From assembly GCA_001780035.1 (NCBI GenBank), contig MFEY01000007.1:123155-187154 (forward strand): a stretch of 64,000 nt of DNA, in the 5' to 3' direction. A program made the position numbers and the translations under genes. Shown here in pieces: positions 9,464-18,491 of the stretch (its first letter is position 1; every line of letters starts with the position of its first letter). The DNA is from Candidatus Doudnabacteria bacterium RIFCSPHIGHO2_12_FULL_48_16 (GTDB lineage Bacteria > Patescibacteriota > Doudnabacteria > UBA920 > O2-02-FULL-48-8). Below the pieces are notes generated by a model. The model did not search any database. It worked only from the letters and a program-made list of their open reading frames with translations, and had not been told where the DNA came from.

Positions 9464-10084
9464 TTAAATTCTCAGTTTGATTATATTACTTTCATAGAAC
9501 GAATACAAATGGTAAATGCTGCCGGCCGTCAACAGATGAAACGCGCCACGGCCATTAAAAATCTGCCGCGGATCGCAATAAATTTTATTGACATCCAGGA
9601 GCCAAAAAATCGTGCCGACAGTAAGCAGCGCCATGGCCGGATTGCGGATCAGTTCGGGCTGGCTGGCCAAGACCGCCAGGACGAAGCCGCCAATAATCAG
9701 CGTCCCGGTATACCCGCGGAATAAAACGATTGCTGCCATGGCGCCCACTATCACAAGAATTTGAAAAATTATCAGCTTCCTGGCGGCAATCTTGTTTTTC
9801 AGATTCAAAAATATCAAGGTGTGCAAAAAAATATAAATGGCGAACAGATCCAGCAACTGTGTCACGAAATTATCCTTGGTATCATAAGCAAAGGACATGC
9901 TGGCAATGAACAACAACAATCCGGCGAAAATTTGCGATAATCGGCTGCCCCGGCCTTTGACCAGTATCGCAACCGCAGCGAAACCATAGGCAAAATTGCT
10001 AACCGCATAAAACGGCCGGGCAATCAGCCAGTTGCCGGCCTTCTCGCAGTATTCGATTGTTGCCGGTAAATTTAAAAACTCCAT
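9464..10084 (-). CDS. ceramidase-like (alkaline ceramidase/CREST superfamily) membrane hydrolase
   Basis: 206 aa; seven TM helices; 'EYCE...SNFAYG', 'QLLDLFAIY', 'HLLTAGSIYHLYSFY' resemble conserved ACER blocks (WCEENY...SN, QLLDE, H..TG..Y). Confidence 0.45.
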   Translation of the reverse strand: MEFLNLPATIEYCEKAGNWLIARPFYAVSNFAYGFAAVAILVKGRGSRLSQIFAGLLLFIASMSFAYDTKDNFVTQLLDLFAIYIFLHTLIFLNLKNKIAARKLIIFQILVIVGAMAAIVLFRGYTGTLIIGGFVLAVLASQPELIRNPAMALLTVGTIFWLLDVNKIYCDPRQIFNGRGAFHLLTAGSIYHLYSFYESNIIKLRI

Positions 10085-10093
10085 TTTTAATTT

Positions 10094-10504
10094 TTATTCG
10101 GAAGCCCGGCCTTCAAACTGTTCACTGTCTGTTTCCGCTTGTTGTTTGGTGACGTGCACCACGCCATCACGATGATGGGGCGGAGAATACAAGGTATATA
10201 ATTTCAAAAAATCGGTTGTGGAAACATTGATGATGTTATGTTTGCATCCCGCCGGCACAATTAAAACGTCTCCCTCGGCCAGATCATAGCTGGCGCCGGC
10301 CACAGCGGCCCGGCCCTGCCCTTTTTCGAGCCGAAAAAATTGGTCCCCCTCATGAATTTCCTCCCCAATCTCCTCACCCGGTTTAAGGCTCATTAGGACC
10401 AGCTGGCTGAATTTGGCCGTATACAAAACCTGGCGGAAGTTCTCATTGGCCAGAGTCAGCCGTTCAATATTGTCCTTATATCCTTTCATAAATTTGATTA
10501 ACAA
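10094..10504 (-). CDS. cupin domain protein
   Basis: 136 aa; cupin_2 core 'GEEIHEGDQFF...GDVLIVPAGCKHNIINV'. Confidence 0.6.
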   Translation of the reverse strand: MLIKFMKGYKDNIERLTLANENFRQVLYTAKFSQLVLMSLKPGEEIGEEIHEGDQFFRLEKGQGRAAVAGASYDLAEGDVLIVPAGCKHNIINVSTTDFLKLYTLYSPPHHRDGVVHVTKQQAETDSEQFEGRASE

Positions 10505-10541
10505 AGCTTAATTACCACTCGTTCGTCATCTCGCGTGCTTG

Positions 10542-11084
10542 TTACTTCTCAATTAGCTTGCCTGGCTGCCAGGGGGTCCCGAAAGCCGGCAGAATCCAGC
10601 GATCCAAACCCATCCAGCCCGCCACCCGCCAAGCCAGAATCAGGAACAATTGCAGCAACAGTAAAATCGGATTGGTACTGACCGTCCCGGCCAACAAAAA
10701 ATTCAAATTCATAAACGTGCCGAAAAAAGCGGCAATGCCGGTAAAAATCCCGAGAATCAAGGCGACGCCCACCGCAATTTCTCCGTAAGTAATCAAATGC
10801 GAAAGCAATGCGGTATTCGGCAACGCTGCGTTTTGAATAAACGAAGCATACCAGCCTTGCACATCCGGATGCGCACCGGAAGTTTTATTAAGCGCGCCCA
10901 TCAAAAAACCTTTCACGGCAGTGCCGGCATTGCTGCCGACCCAGGCCGGATTGTGAAATTTTTCCCAACCGGCCATAAACCATTCATAACCGACATAGAG
11001 CCGGACGATTAGCCAAAACCAAGACGAGCTGGTGTTGGCAAACAATAAACGGGAAATTTTTGGTTCCGGGATATGACTTATCAT
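10542..11084 (-). CDS. DoxX family membrane protein
   Basis: 180 aa; 'RLYVGYEWFMAGWEK' DoxX N-terminal motif; four TM helices. Confidence 0.6.
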   Translation of the reverse strand: MISHIPEPKISRLLFANTSSSWFWLIVRLYVGYEWFMAGWEKFHNPAWVGSNAGTAVKGFLMGALNKTSGAHPDVQGWYASFIQNAALPNTALLSHLITYGEIAVGVALILGIFTGIAAFFGTFMNLNFLLAGTVSTNPILLLLQLFLILAWRVAGWMGLDRWILPAFGTPWQPGKLIEK

Positions 11085-11098
11085 AAAATTTTAATTAA

Positions 11099-11464
11099 TT
11101 ATTTTTTGTTTATCTGATAGAAGTAATACAACGCCAATGGCGCGCCCCAGTTGGCGAAGCGTTCGATAAAATCCAGCCAACCAACGCCGACCAGCGGCCG
11201 CACCAGCGCGGTCCAGAATCCCCAAAACACCGCCCACAATAAAACCCAATTAATGGGCTTGATAAGAACTATTAACGCGACCAGTATATCGGCCGCGCCC
11301 ACAATCAGCAATAAAGTGTGCGCGGTCGGATTGCTGACATGGGTTAGCTGCATGATCCATTTGATCCAGTCAGCCTTGCCTTGCAGCCCCAACAGCCCAT
11401 GACCCAAAAACTCACCCGCCACTCCGATCCGGAGCGCCCACTCCATTTTCTGCGTATTTGACAT
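11099..11464 (-). CDS. DoxX-like small membrane protein
   Basis: 121 aa; four hydrophobic helices, Trp-rich; tandem with the DoxX gene. Confidence 0.35.
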   Translation of the reverse strand: MSNTQKMEWALRIGVAGEFLGHGLLGLQGKADWIKWIMQLTHVSNPTAHTLLLIVGAADILVALIVLIKPINWVLLWAVFWGFWTALVRPLVGVGWLDFIERFANWGAPLALYYFYQINKK

Positions 11465-11580
11465 GTGTTTGTTTCTTAATGATTTTTATCCTTATTTATT
11501 ATACTCCTATGCAAATCCGAAGCAAACCGGCTCAAACCTATTGACCATTCAGGTTTTTTGGGCTAAAATATTCAAGCATT

Positions 11581-11604
11581 CCCGCAGGCGCGGGGTATTT
11601 TTTT
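11581..11604 (+). promoter_or_regulatory. terminator-like hairpin directly abutting the ABC-F start (possible attenuator)
   Basis: 'cccgc-aggc-gcggg' + 'tattttttt' ending 1-8 nt before the start codon; no SD; an upstream 11-codon ORF 'MQIRSKPAQTY' at 11508-11543. Confidence 0.35.
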
Positions 11605-13093
11605 GAAAACCATGAGAAAAGACAGCGTCATTTTAAGCTTCGCCAACGTCAGCTTCGAATACGGGCACGACAAGATCGTGCTCGACGAAGTTTCATTTGG
11701 CGTGCGCACCGGCAGCCGGATCACGCTCATGGGCCAAAACGGGGCCGGCAAAAGCACCTTGTTTAAAATGATCACCGGCGAAATCAGGCCCCAAAACGGC
11801 CGGATCAACTTAACGCCGACCGAGGCCACAATCGCCATCGCCCACCAGGTTATGCCTAAAGATTGCCTCCACCTGAATGTGCGCGAATACTTTGCCACCG
11901 CCTTTGAGGACAAAAAATACGATCTGGACCGGCTGATTGCCAATGTGTTTGAAGTGGTCAATGTCCAGCTGTCCTTGGATAAAAAAATTAATGAGCTTTC
12001 GGGCGGCCAGCAGGCGCGCCTGCTCCTGGCCCACGCCTTAATTCAGGACCCGGATATTTTACTGCTCGATGAACCGACCAATAATCTCGACCGGCTGGGG
12101 ATCGAGCATCTGACCGGATTTTTGATGATGTATGAAAAAACCTGCATTGTCATTTCCCATGATGCGGATTTTTTGAACGCATTTTCCGACGGGGTCTTGT
12201 ATCTGGATGTCTTCACCCACAAGGTTGAACAATATACCGGCAACTACTATGACGTGGTCGGGGAAATCGAAGAACGGATTCAGCGCGAGCAGCAGCAGAA
12301 CGCCCGGATGCAGGCCCAAATCCAGGAAAAACGTTCCCAGGCCGAAGTCTTCGCCCACAAGGGCGGAAAATTAAGAGCCGTGGCCAAGCGCATGCGCGAA
12401 GCCGCGGAAGAAGCGGAAGAGAATCTGGTTGACGTGCGCCAAGAAGATGAAACCATCCGGAACTTCACCATCCCGGCCCAGGAATTTGACATTCACTTCC
12501 ACGGCAAAGTTATCGAATTCACTTCGGTTGGCGCCATCAAAAATCACCAACCTGTGACAAAACAACTTGAGCTTATAATCAAAAAAGGCAAGCACCTGCT
12601 GATTGCCGGGCGCAACGGGAGTGGCAAAAGCACCTTGCTCGAAAAAATCGCTACCGGCTCAGGCAGCGGTTTTACCATCGCCCCGGGAGTTAAAATCGGA
12701 TATTACAAACAGGATTTCAGCAACTTTTCCGCCAGAGGCGGAGATTTCGACCAAACGGCCTATGACTCGCTCCTGGAAGTTATGAAAGCCAAGGATGAAC
12801 ACAAATTGCGCGCTGCCAGCGCCGGCTTCCTGCTTAACGGCAAATTGCTCAACAACCCGATCCGCGCGCTCTCCGAAGGGCAAAAGGGCCTTCTGTCTTT
12901 TTGCCGCCTGTCGCTGCTCAATCCGGGGCTCCTGATATTGGACGAGCCGACCAACCATATCAATTTCCGGCATTTACCCGTGATTGCCAAAGCTCTCGAT
13001 GAGTATCAGGGCGCTATGATTATGGTTTCCCATATCCCCGACTTCATCGCCCAGATCCGAATTGACGAAACGATCGACCTGGATCAAATTTAA
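11603..13093 (+). CDS. ABC-F family ATPase (two ABC cassettes, no TM domains)
   Basis: 496 aa; two Walker A sites ('GQNGAGKST', 'GRNGSGKST'), two signatures ('LSGGQQARLLLAHAL', 'LSEGQKGLLSFCRLSL'), acidic coiled linker between them. Confidence 0.85.
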   Translation: MKTMRKDSVILSFANVSFEYGHDKIVLDEVSFGVRTGSRITLMGQNGAGKSTLFKMITGEIRPQNGRINLTPTEATIAIAHQVMPKDCLHLNVREYFATAFEDKKYDLDRLIANVFEVVNVQLSLDKKINELSGGQQARLLLAHALIQDPDILLLDEPTNNLDRLGIEHLTGFLMMYEKTCIVISHDADFLNAFSDGVLYLDVFTHKVEQYTGNYYDVVGEIEERIQREQQQNARMQAQIQEKRSQAEVFAHKGGKLRAVAKRMREAAEEAEENLVDVRQEDETIRNFTIPAQEFDIHFHGKVIEFTSVGAIKNHQPVTKQLELIIKKGKHLLIAGRNGSGKSTLLEKIATGSGSGFTIAPGVKIGYYKQDFSNFSARGGDFDQTAYDSLLEVMKAKDEHKLRAASAGFLLNGKLLNNPIRALSEGQKGLLSFCRLSLLNPGLLILDEPTNHINFRHLPVIAKALDEYQGAMIMVSHIPDFIAQIRIDETIDLDQI

Positions 13094-13106
13094 AAAACTA
13101 CCTTCT

Positions 13107-15077
13107 TTATAAATCCAATTTTCTCAGCAACTGCGCGTTCAGGGCAACCACCACGGTGCTGACTGACATCAGAATTGCCCCTATTGCCGCGGGCAAAATT
13201 ATACCCAACAACCCGGCCGCCAGTGGGATGGCAATCACGTTGTAGCCGGTGGCCCAAACCAGATTCTGGCTCATTTTGGCATACGTAGCTTTGGATAATT
13301 TGACAATTTTGACGATGTCGCGCGGATCACTTTTGACCAGGATTATCCCGGCGCTCTCAATGGCCACATCGGTGCCGGCACCAATCGCGATGCCAATATC
13401 CGCGGCAGCCAGAGCCGGCGCATCATTGACCCCGTCCCCGACCATCGCCACGCGGCTTCCGTCTTTTTGCAACTCTTTGACTTTATCGACTTTGTGTTCC
13501 GGCAGAACCTGCGCAAAATATCGGGTGATCCCCAATTTTTTGGCCACATATTTCGCCACCGCCTCGCTGTCCCCGGTCAGCATGGCCACCCGCTTGCCCA
13601 TGGCCTTAAGCTCGGCAATCGCTTGCGCTGATTCTTCCCGGATTAAATCAGCGGTCGCCAGCGCACCCAACAACTTGTTTTCTTCCCGGATAAAAACCAC
13701 GGTTTTTCCCTCTTCACCGGCCAGGGCCGCTTTGCTTTCCAATTCGCCCGCTGCTTGGGTCCGGCCGACAAAATATTCCTTACCGTTAAGCACCGCCTGG
13801 GCGCCTTTGCCGGGAACGGCCGAAAAATCCTTTGCTGCAAATAACTCCAGTTTAAACTCGCGCGCTTTGGCCATGATTGCTTTCGCAATCGGATGCTCGG
13901 AACCGGCCTCGACCGAGGCCGCCAGCCGAATCAAATCTTGCTGCGAGCCGACCAGCGGCCAAATATCCACCACGCCATGCTCGCCGCGGGTCAGCGTCCC
14001 GGTTTTATCAAACAGCACCACATCAATGTTGCGGGCGCTTTCCAAGGCAATTCGTTTTTTAATAAGCAGTCCGTTTTTCGCCGCCAAACTGGTCGAGATC
14101 GAGGTTACCAATGGAATGGCCAAACCCAAAGCGTGCGGGCAGGCAATGACCAAAACCGTGACCGTCCGTTCCAGGGCAAACGCCCCGCCCCGGCCCAACA
14201 GCAGCCAGGCGGCCAGCGTGGCCGCGCCAGAAATGGTCGCAATGATTGTCAGATAAAAAGCCGCCCGATCCGCGAGAATTTGGGCTTTGGATTGGGATTT
14301 CTGAGCTTCGGCCACCAGCCGCATAATTCCCGCTAAGGCGGTATTGTCCCCAATCTTGGTGACTTGAACTTTCAAGGAACCGTTACCGTTGACCGTGCCG
14401 GCAATGACCGTCTGATTTTTTATTTTTTTGATCAACTCGCTCTCCCCGGTGATCATGGATTCGTTGACCGAGGAACTGCCATCCACAACTATGCCGTCGG
14501 CGGGAACTTTCGCGCCGGGCCGCACCAACATCACGTCGCCGATTTTTATTTCAGACAATGCAATCTGGCGGCCGTCAACCAATTCTGCCATATCAGGCAA
14601 CAGTTTGGCCAGTTCCTTGAGCGCTCCCTGGGCGTTCATGACCGATCGCATTTCCATCCAGTGCCCAAAAATCATAATCGTAATCAAAGTGGAGAGTTCC
14701 CAGAAAAATTCGGTGTCCCGCCCGCGCAAGGAGGAAAATACGCTATAAGCAAACGCCACAATGATCGCCTGACTGATTAAAACCATCATCCCGGGGCGAG
14801 CGGCGCGCAACTCCGCGCCAGCAGATTTGATAAACACCGTGCCCGAGTAAAAAAACAAGATTGTGCCGAAAATCAAAGGAATATTTTGGGATCCCGGGAA
14901 CTCCGGCATCCCAAAATTAAACCAGTCTTGGATCATGCCGGAATACAACAGCGTGGGCACGGTTAAAATCAAACTCCACCAGAACTTGTCACGGAACATT
15001 TCCGGCGAATGGCCGGCATGCTTATCGTGATTATGCGGTTCGGCATGCATTTCGTGGCCGTGGTGACTGTGATCCAT
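13107..15077 (-). CDS. copB: copper-translocating P1B-type ATPase (CopB-like, His-rich N-terminus, CPH motif)
   Basis: 'MDHSHHGHEMHAEPHNHDKHAGH' N-terminus, 'CPHALGLAIP' TM6 motif, 'DKTGTLT', 'GDGVNDAPAL'; start placed at internal Met 15077 because the upstream in-frame extension overlaps a separate small ORF. Confidence 0.8.
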   Translation of the reverse strand: MDHSHHGHEMHAEPHNHDKHAGHSPEMFRDKFWWSLILTVPTLLYSGMIQDWFNFGMPEFPGSQNIPLIFGTILFFYSGTVFIKSAGAELRAARPGMMVLISQAIIVAFAYSVFSSLRGRDTEFFWELSTLITIMIFGHWMEMRSVMNAQGALKELAKLLPDMAELVDGRQIALSEIKIGDVMLVRPGAKVPADGIVVDGSSSVNESMITGESELIKKIKNQTVIAGTVNGNGSLKVQVTKIGDNTALAGIMRLVAEAQKSQSKAQILADRAAFYLTIIATISGAATLAAWLLLGRGGAFALERTVTVLVIACPHALGLAIPLVTSISTSLAAKNGLLIKKRIALESARNIDVVLFDKTGTLTRGEHGVVDIWPLVGSQQDLIRLAASVEAGSEHPIAKAIMAKAREFKLELFAAKDFSAVPGKGAQAVLNGKEYFVGRTQAAGELESKAALAGEEGKTVVFIREENKLLGALATADLIREESAQAIAELKAMGKRVAMLTGDSEAVAKYVAKKLGITRYFAQVLPEHKVDKVKELQKDGSRVAMVGDGVNDAPALAAADIGIAIGAGTDVAIESAGIILVKSDPRDIVKIVKLSKATYAKMSQNLVWATGYNVIAIPLAAGLLGIILPAAIGAILMSVSTVVVALNAQLLRKLDL

Positions 15078-15078
15078 T

Positions 15079-15333
15079 CTATTTTTTAATGCTGTTAAAT
15101 AGCGTGACAAACAGCCAAACGGCCAGCAGAGCAATGACGTTCCAGATAATGAGACCCGAAATAAATGTCCCGAAAGTGAGAATGTTGCGGCCCATATCAA
15201 TTCCCATGTGCAAACCGTATCTCATGAATCCCGGCCGAAGAAGCGGAAACATGGCAACTCCGGCAAAACAAACCGCATACACAATGCTAACCCAGGCAGC
15301 GCTGACTTTCAGCAAATGTTTTAGATTGATCAT
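15079..15333 (-). CDS. small membrane protein (84 aa) in the copper operon
   Basis: three TM helices; stop immediately adjacent to the copB start (translational coupling). Confidence 0.4.
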   Translation of the reverse strand: MINLKHLLKVSAAWVSIVYAVCFAGVAMFPLLRPGFMRYGLHMGIDMGRNILTFGTFISGLIIWNVIALLAVWLFVTLFNSIKK

Positions 15334-15351
15334 ATTTAATCTTTTAGTTAC

Positions 15352-15771
15352 TTATTTAGACCAGGCTTGTTGCCAAACTTTCATCTGGCCGATCTCCTTG
15401 GTTTGAGCATTGATAATGCCCTCGGCCAAATCTTTCAGTTCTTGATGTTGGGCATTGGACAGAGCCGAGGTAGCCATGTCCACTGCTCCTTCGTGATGAA
15501 GAATCATTTCTGACAGAAACGCTTGGTCAAAATCATTCCCGGTTTTGTTGTTAAGGCCGCTCATCATAGCCCGCATTGCGGAAGAATTGCCGTAAGTATT
15601 GCCGACCATGTAAGAACCATCGATCATCATGTGATCTCCGTAACGGATCCCCATCATTCGCATCATGCCGCCACGATTCCCGTTCACGGCGTAGGAAGCG
15701 AAAAATCCGGCAATCAGAAGCCCCAAGACCAAACCACCCAAAGCGAACCAGAGTTTGTCATTGTTATTCAT
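15352..15771 (-). CDS. DUF305 domain protein (copper-associated, secreted)
   Basis: 139 aa; 'FDQAFLSEMILHHEGAVDMA...HQELKDLAEGIINAQTKEIGQM' DUF305 His motifs; N-terminal TM/signal. Confidence 0.6.
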   Translation of the reverse strand: MNNNDKLWFALGGLVLGLLIAGFFASYAVNGNRGGMMRMMGIRYGDHMMIDGSYMVGNTYGNSSAMRAMMSGLNNKTGNDFDQAFLSEMILHHEGAVDMATSALSNAQHQELKDLAEGIINAQTKEIGQMKVWQQAWSK

Positions 15772-15791
15772 ATCTTCACCCCCTTTCGATA

Positions 15792-16073
15792 TTATTTATT
15801 ATTCAAAAAATAAATGTCCGACAGCTCTTTGATGGCCTGTTTGTCTTTGCCGGATGTGAACTGGTGCGAGACATGCTCCTTCAGATGATTTTCCAGCATG
15901 TGTTTGTTGAAGCTCTGCAGGGATTTTTGAATGGCCAAAGACAGACGGATCACGTCGATGCAATATTTGTTATCGTGCACCATTTTTTCCAGGCCCTTGA
16001 GCTGCCCCTGGATGATATGTAGGCGACTGACGGCTTTTTTCCGGTTGGGTTTAAGCATCATAGTGATTAGCAA
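15792..16073 (-). CDS. csoR: CsoR/RcnR family metal-sensing transcriptional repressor
   Basis: 93 aa; 'RLHIIQGQLKGLEKMV...YCIDVIRLSLAIQKSL...H' matches the DUF156 pattern with conserved Cys/His. Confidence 0.65.
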   Translation of the reverse strand: MLITMMLKPNRKKAVSRLHIIQGQLKGLEKMVHDNKYCIDVIRLSLAIQKSLQSFNKHMLENHLKEHVSHQFTSGKDKQAIKELSDIYFLNNK

Positions 16074-16408
16074 CAGTCTTTAAATTTATCGTCCTGCCGC
16101 TCTCCTCTCTTATTAAGTTTAGAATTAAAATAGATGGTTGGCAAAATTACCAGGCCCAAAAAAACCAAAGCCGTGCCCGGTTGATCCTTGACCGCAAACC
16201 AGACTGCGGGAACGGCCAAAATCACCATGAGAGATTTCCAAACAACATTGTGGCCATATTTGGTCGCAATGGCCCCCGCGCTCATTCCCATTAGAATGGC
16301 CAGCAAAATCTTATCTACCGCATGCCCGCTCCACATCCAAACCAGCATGGCCACCCAGCCAATCACAACCGCAGCGCAAATTGGGCAGATCTTTTTCCAG
16401 TTGATCAT
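16067..16408 (-). CDS. small membrane protein (113 aa), hypothetical
   Basis: three TM helices; N-terminal 'CPICAAVV' and C-terminal 'CC'. Confidence 0.4.
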   Translation of the reverse strand: MINWKKICPICAAVVIGWVAMLVWMWSGHAVDKILLAILMGMSAGAIATKYGHNVVWKSLMVILAVPAVWFAVKDQPGTALVFLGLVILPTIYFNSKLNKRGERQDDKFKDCC

Positions 16409-17187
16409 AAAGTCATGATTAATATGGCCAGTAAAATCATGGCCAGACCGGCGGTTAGTTTGACCGCCTTTTTGTTTTGCTGCTGCAGAGTCTTAACTTT
16501 AGCGACCAATCGCTCGTTGCCGGCGGTCAACAAAATCAGCACCAGGGGCAGGACAAAAATCAGATTATAAAGAATCAAATATCCCGCGCCCTGCCAATAG
16601 GTCCGCGAGTCGTGCAGGAGGCCGATAACCATGAGGTATGGCCCGCCGGTGCACGGAAATTCGCACAGTCCCACCAAGCCGCCCAGCAAAAACATGGCTG
16701 GCAGGCTCATTTTTTCCAACAATTGGTTCATTTTTTGGTGCGCGCCCTGCGGCACCCCCAGTTTGATCGGAAACGAAGGAATCAAGACTTCCAAAATGCT
16801 GACTGTGCCAAAAATCACCAGCATCACGGCACCGACCTTGGACATAAAATGCGGGGTGTTGAAAATATGCAGCGCCTGGAGGAGCCCAAGCCCGATCAAA
16901 AAGTATGCTACAAAAATGCCAAAAATATAAACCAAGCCATATCGGATGACTTTCGAAGTCGTTGACCCCACGCTAAAGAGGAAAATTAAACTGACGATCA
17001 GGATCGAAAATGCGCAGGGATTGATGCTGTCAACGATGGCCGACACAGTCAGCAACGGAAAAAACCACTGGCCCTGCTGGGAAACCTGCCAGACCCAGGC
17101 GCTAGAACCGGAATAATTCCCCAGGGTCAAAGCTAGGCCGAAAAACAACAACAGTAAACCCACGATGGTCATTAAATATTTATTCAT
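16405..17187 (-). CDS. cytochrome c biogenesis/thiol-disulfide transmembrane protein (CcdA/DsbD_2 family)
   Basis: 260 aa; six TM helices; 'SINPCAFSIL' and 'CEFPCTGGPYL' Cys motifs. Confidence 0.55.
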   Translation of the reverse strand: MNKYLMTIVGLLLLFFGLALTLGNYSGSSAWVWQVSQQGQWFFPLLTVSAIVDSINPCAFSILIVSLIFLFSVGSTTSKVIRYGLVYIFGIFVAYFLIGLGLLQALHIFNTPHFMSKVGAVMLVIFGTVSILEVLIPSFPIKLGVPQGAHQKMNQLLEKMSLPAMFLLGGLVGLCEFPCTGGPYLMVIGLLHDSRTYWQGAGYLILYNLIFVLPLVLILLTAGNERLVAKVKTLQQQNKKAVKLTAGLAMILLAILIMTL

Positions 17188-17289
17188 CCCGTTTAGAAAT
17201 AATGATCGGTTTAATAAAACTTTTATTTATAAACAATGCATCAGGCATTATTTTGCTGTAAATTAAGCTATGTAAATTTCTAACGGGAT

Positions 17290-17793
17290 TCATGGGGTGA
17301 CATTGGCTTTAATTCCGACACTCGCAATTTCGCCTTGCTTAGATTGCAGGCTAACGCTGCGCTCAATCACCCCGATGCCGGACGGGCCATGGGCATTGGG
17401 ATCAAACGTCACTAACAGTTGGGCCTTTTGGCTGGCGCGCAATTTTTGATTGAGCATCTTCATGGCGCCGTGCCCCTGCATGCTGAAGGGCCCGTATTCC
17501 TGGCCGTCCAATACCAACTTCACCGTCGTGCACATGCAAGAAGTGTAAAGCGTAGCCAAGTCGAGATCCTGATCCTGGGGATTCGTAACCTGGAATGATT
17601 TGGTCACCAAGCCGTCCTTCATTGAAATTGTCCCAAAATCATAATTGGCCGGCTCCAGCTGCACCGCCAACGTCTCACCGGTCGGAGTTTGGTTCATAGT
17701 TTCATGGCCAGCCGGCTGGGCAAAGAGCAGCACGCCGCCCAGGGCCGCCACGCCTACCCCCGCTGAAATTAGCCACCATAATTGCTTGGGCAT
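17290..17793 (-). CDS. DUF1573-like secreted protein
   Basis: 167 aa; signal/TM anchor; 'YDFGTI...VTKSFQVTNPQDQDLDL...TSCMCTT' resembles the DUF1573 'SCGCT' fold. Confidence 0.45.
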   Translation of the reverse strand: MPKQLWWLISAGVGVAALGGVLLFAQPAGHETMNQTPTGETLAVQLEPANYDFGTISMKDGLVTKSFQVTNPQDQDLDLATLYTSCMCTTVKLVLDGQEYGPFSMQGHGAMKMLNQKLRASQKAQLLVTFDPNAHGPSGIGVIERSVSLQSKQGEIASVGIKANVTP

Positions 17794-17867
17794 AGTAAAG
17801 TCTCCTTAATTCAGGATATACCCCCTAGGGGTATCTGTCAAGTCAAGTAAAAAGGGGAACCAGTTTT

Positions 17868-18368
17868 TCAACTCGTTCCCCCGCGGCCCCAGAGCCGCTC
17901 TTCGACCAGGTCGCGATCACGACAGAGCTCGATGCCTTCCGCTTCCAGCTCGGCCGTCGTGTGTTCGTCCAGCGCCGCGCTGCTCTCAAGCAACGCTGCG
18001 ATGGATGCCGCGTTATCGTCACCGGCAACGCGATTTTTGCCGATTTTGCGGCAGCCAGTGCATCGATGCACAATCATCAATTCGCCCCCGTCCCGCTTGA
18101 TGGTCAGCCCCAGGGGCTCCATCGAAACCAGACAGGTCGACTTGCGATCGCCGATTGATCCATCCACGTGCCGCGACCAAAGGCAAATCGGACAATGATT
18201 CCGATGCCTGGTGTGGCTCGCTTCGGTCGGCACCTCGCTTCCACAACGCAGACAGTGGAAGGAAGGACGCCGGGCTTGCTTCAGCAGCGACCGAGCTTGC
18301 CGGCTCAGCCGCTTGCCGTCACGCTGTACGCGTTCCGGCCCGTCATCTTCGTTCCATTTCCGCGACAT
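17868..18368 (-). CDS. RNHCP domain protein (GC-rich island copy)
   Basis: ~166 aa from Met at 18368 with 'aggagg' SD; 'HCLRCG...HTRHRNHCPICLWSRHVD...HRCTGCRK' zinc-ribbon/RNHCP motifs; GC much higher than flanks; hairpin + T5 terminator at 17835-17881. Confidence 0.6.
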   Translation of the reverse strand: MSRKWNEDDGPERVQRDGKRLSRQARSLLKQARRPSFHCLRCGSEVPTEASHTRHRNHCPICLWSRHVDGSIGDRKSTCLVSMEPLGLTIKRDGGELMIVHRCTGCRKIGKNRVAGDDNAASIAALLESSAALDEHTTAELEAEGIELCRDRDLVEERLWGRGGTS

Positions 18369-18491
18369 CTGCCCTTTCCTCCTTACTTTCCGACTTGTCC
18401 AGAATTTAGGACTTTCCAGTTTATCAGATGCTAGCAATATTGTCCAGAGTGGCCTATAATACGGGTAATTAGCGGGCTTTGATTTAAATTT

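Noticed and set aside
13249-14336. Long ORFs antisense to or overlapping copB (335 aa, 147 aa)
   Set aside because: They are Ala/Ser/Arg-rich antisense translations of a GC-rich P-type ATPase gene.
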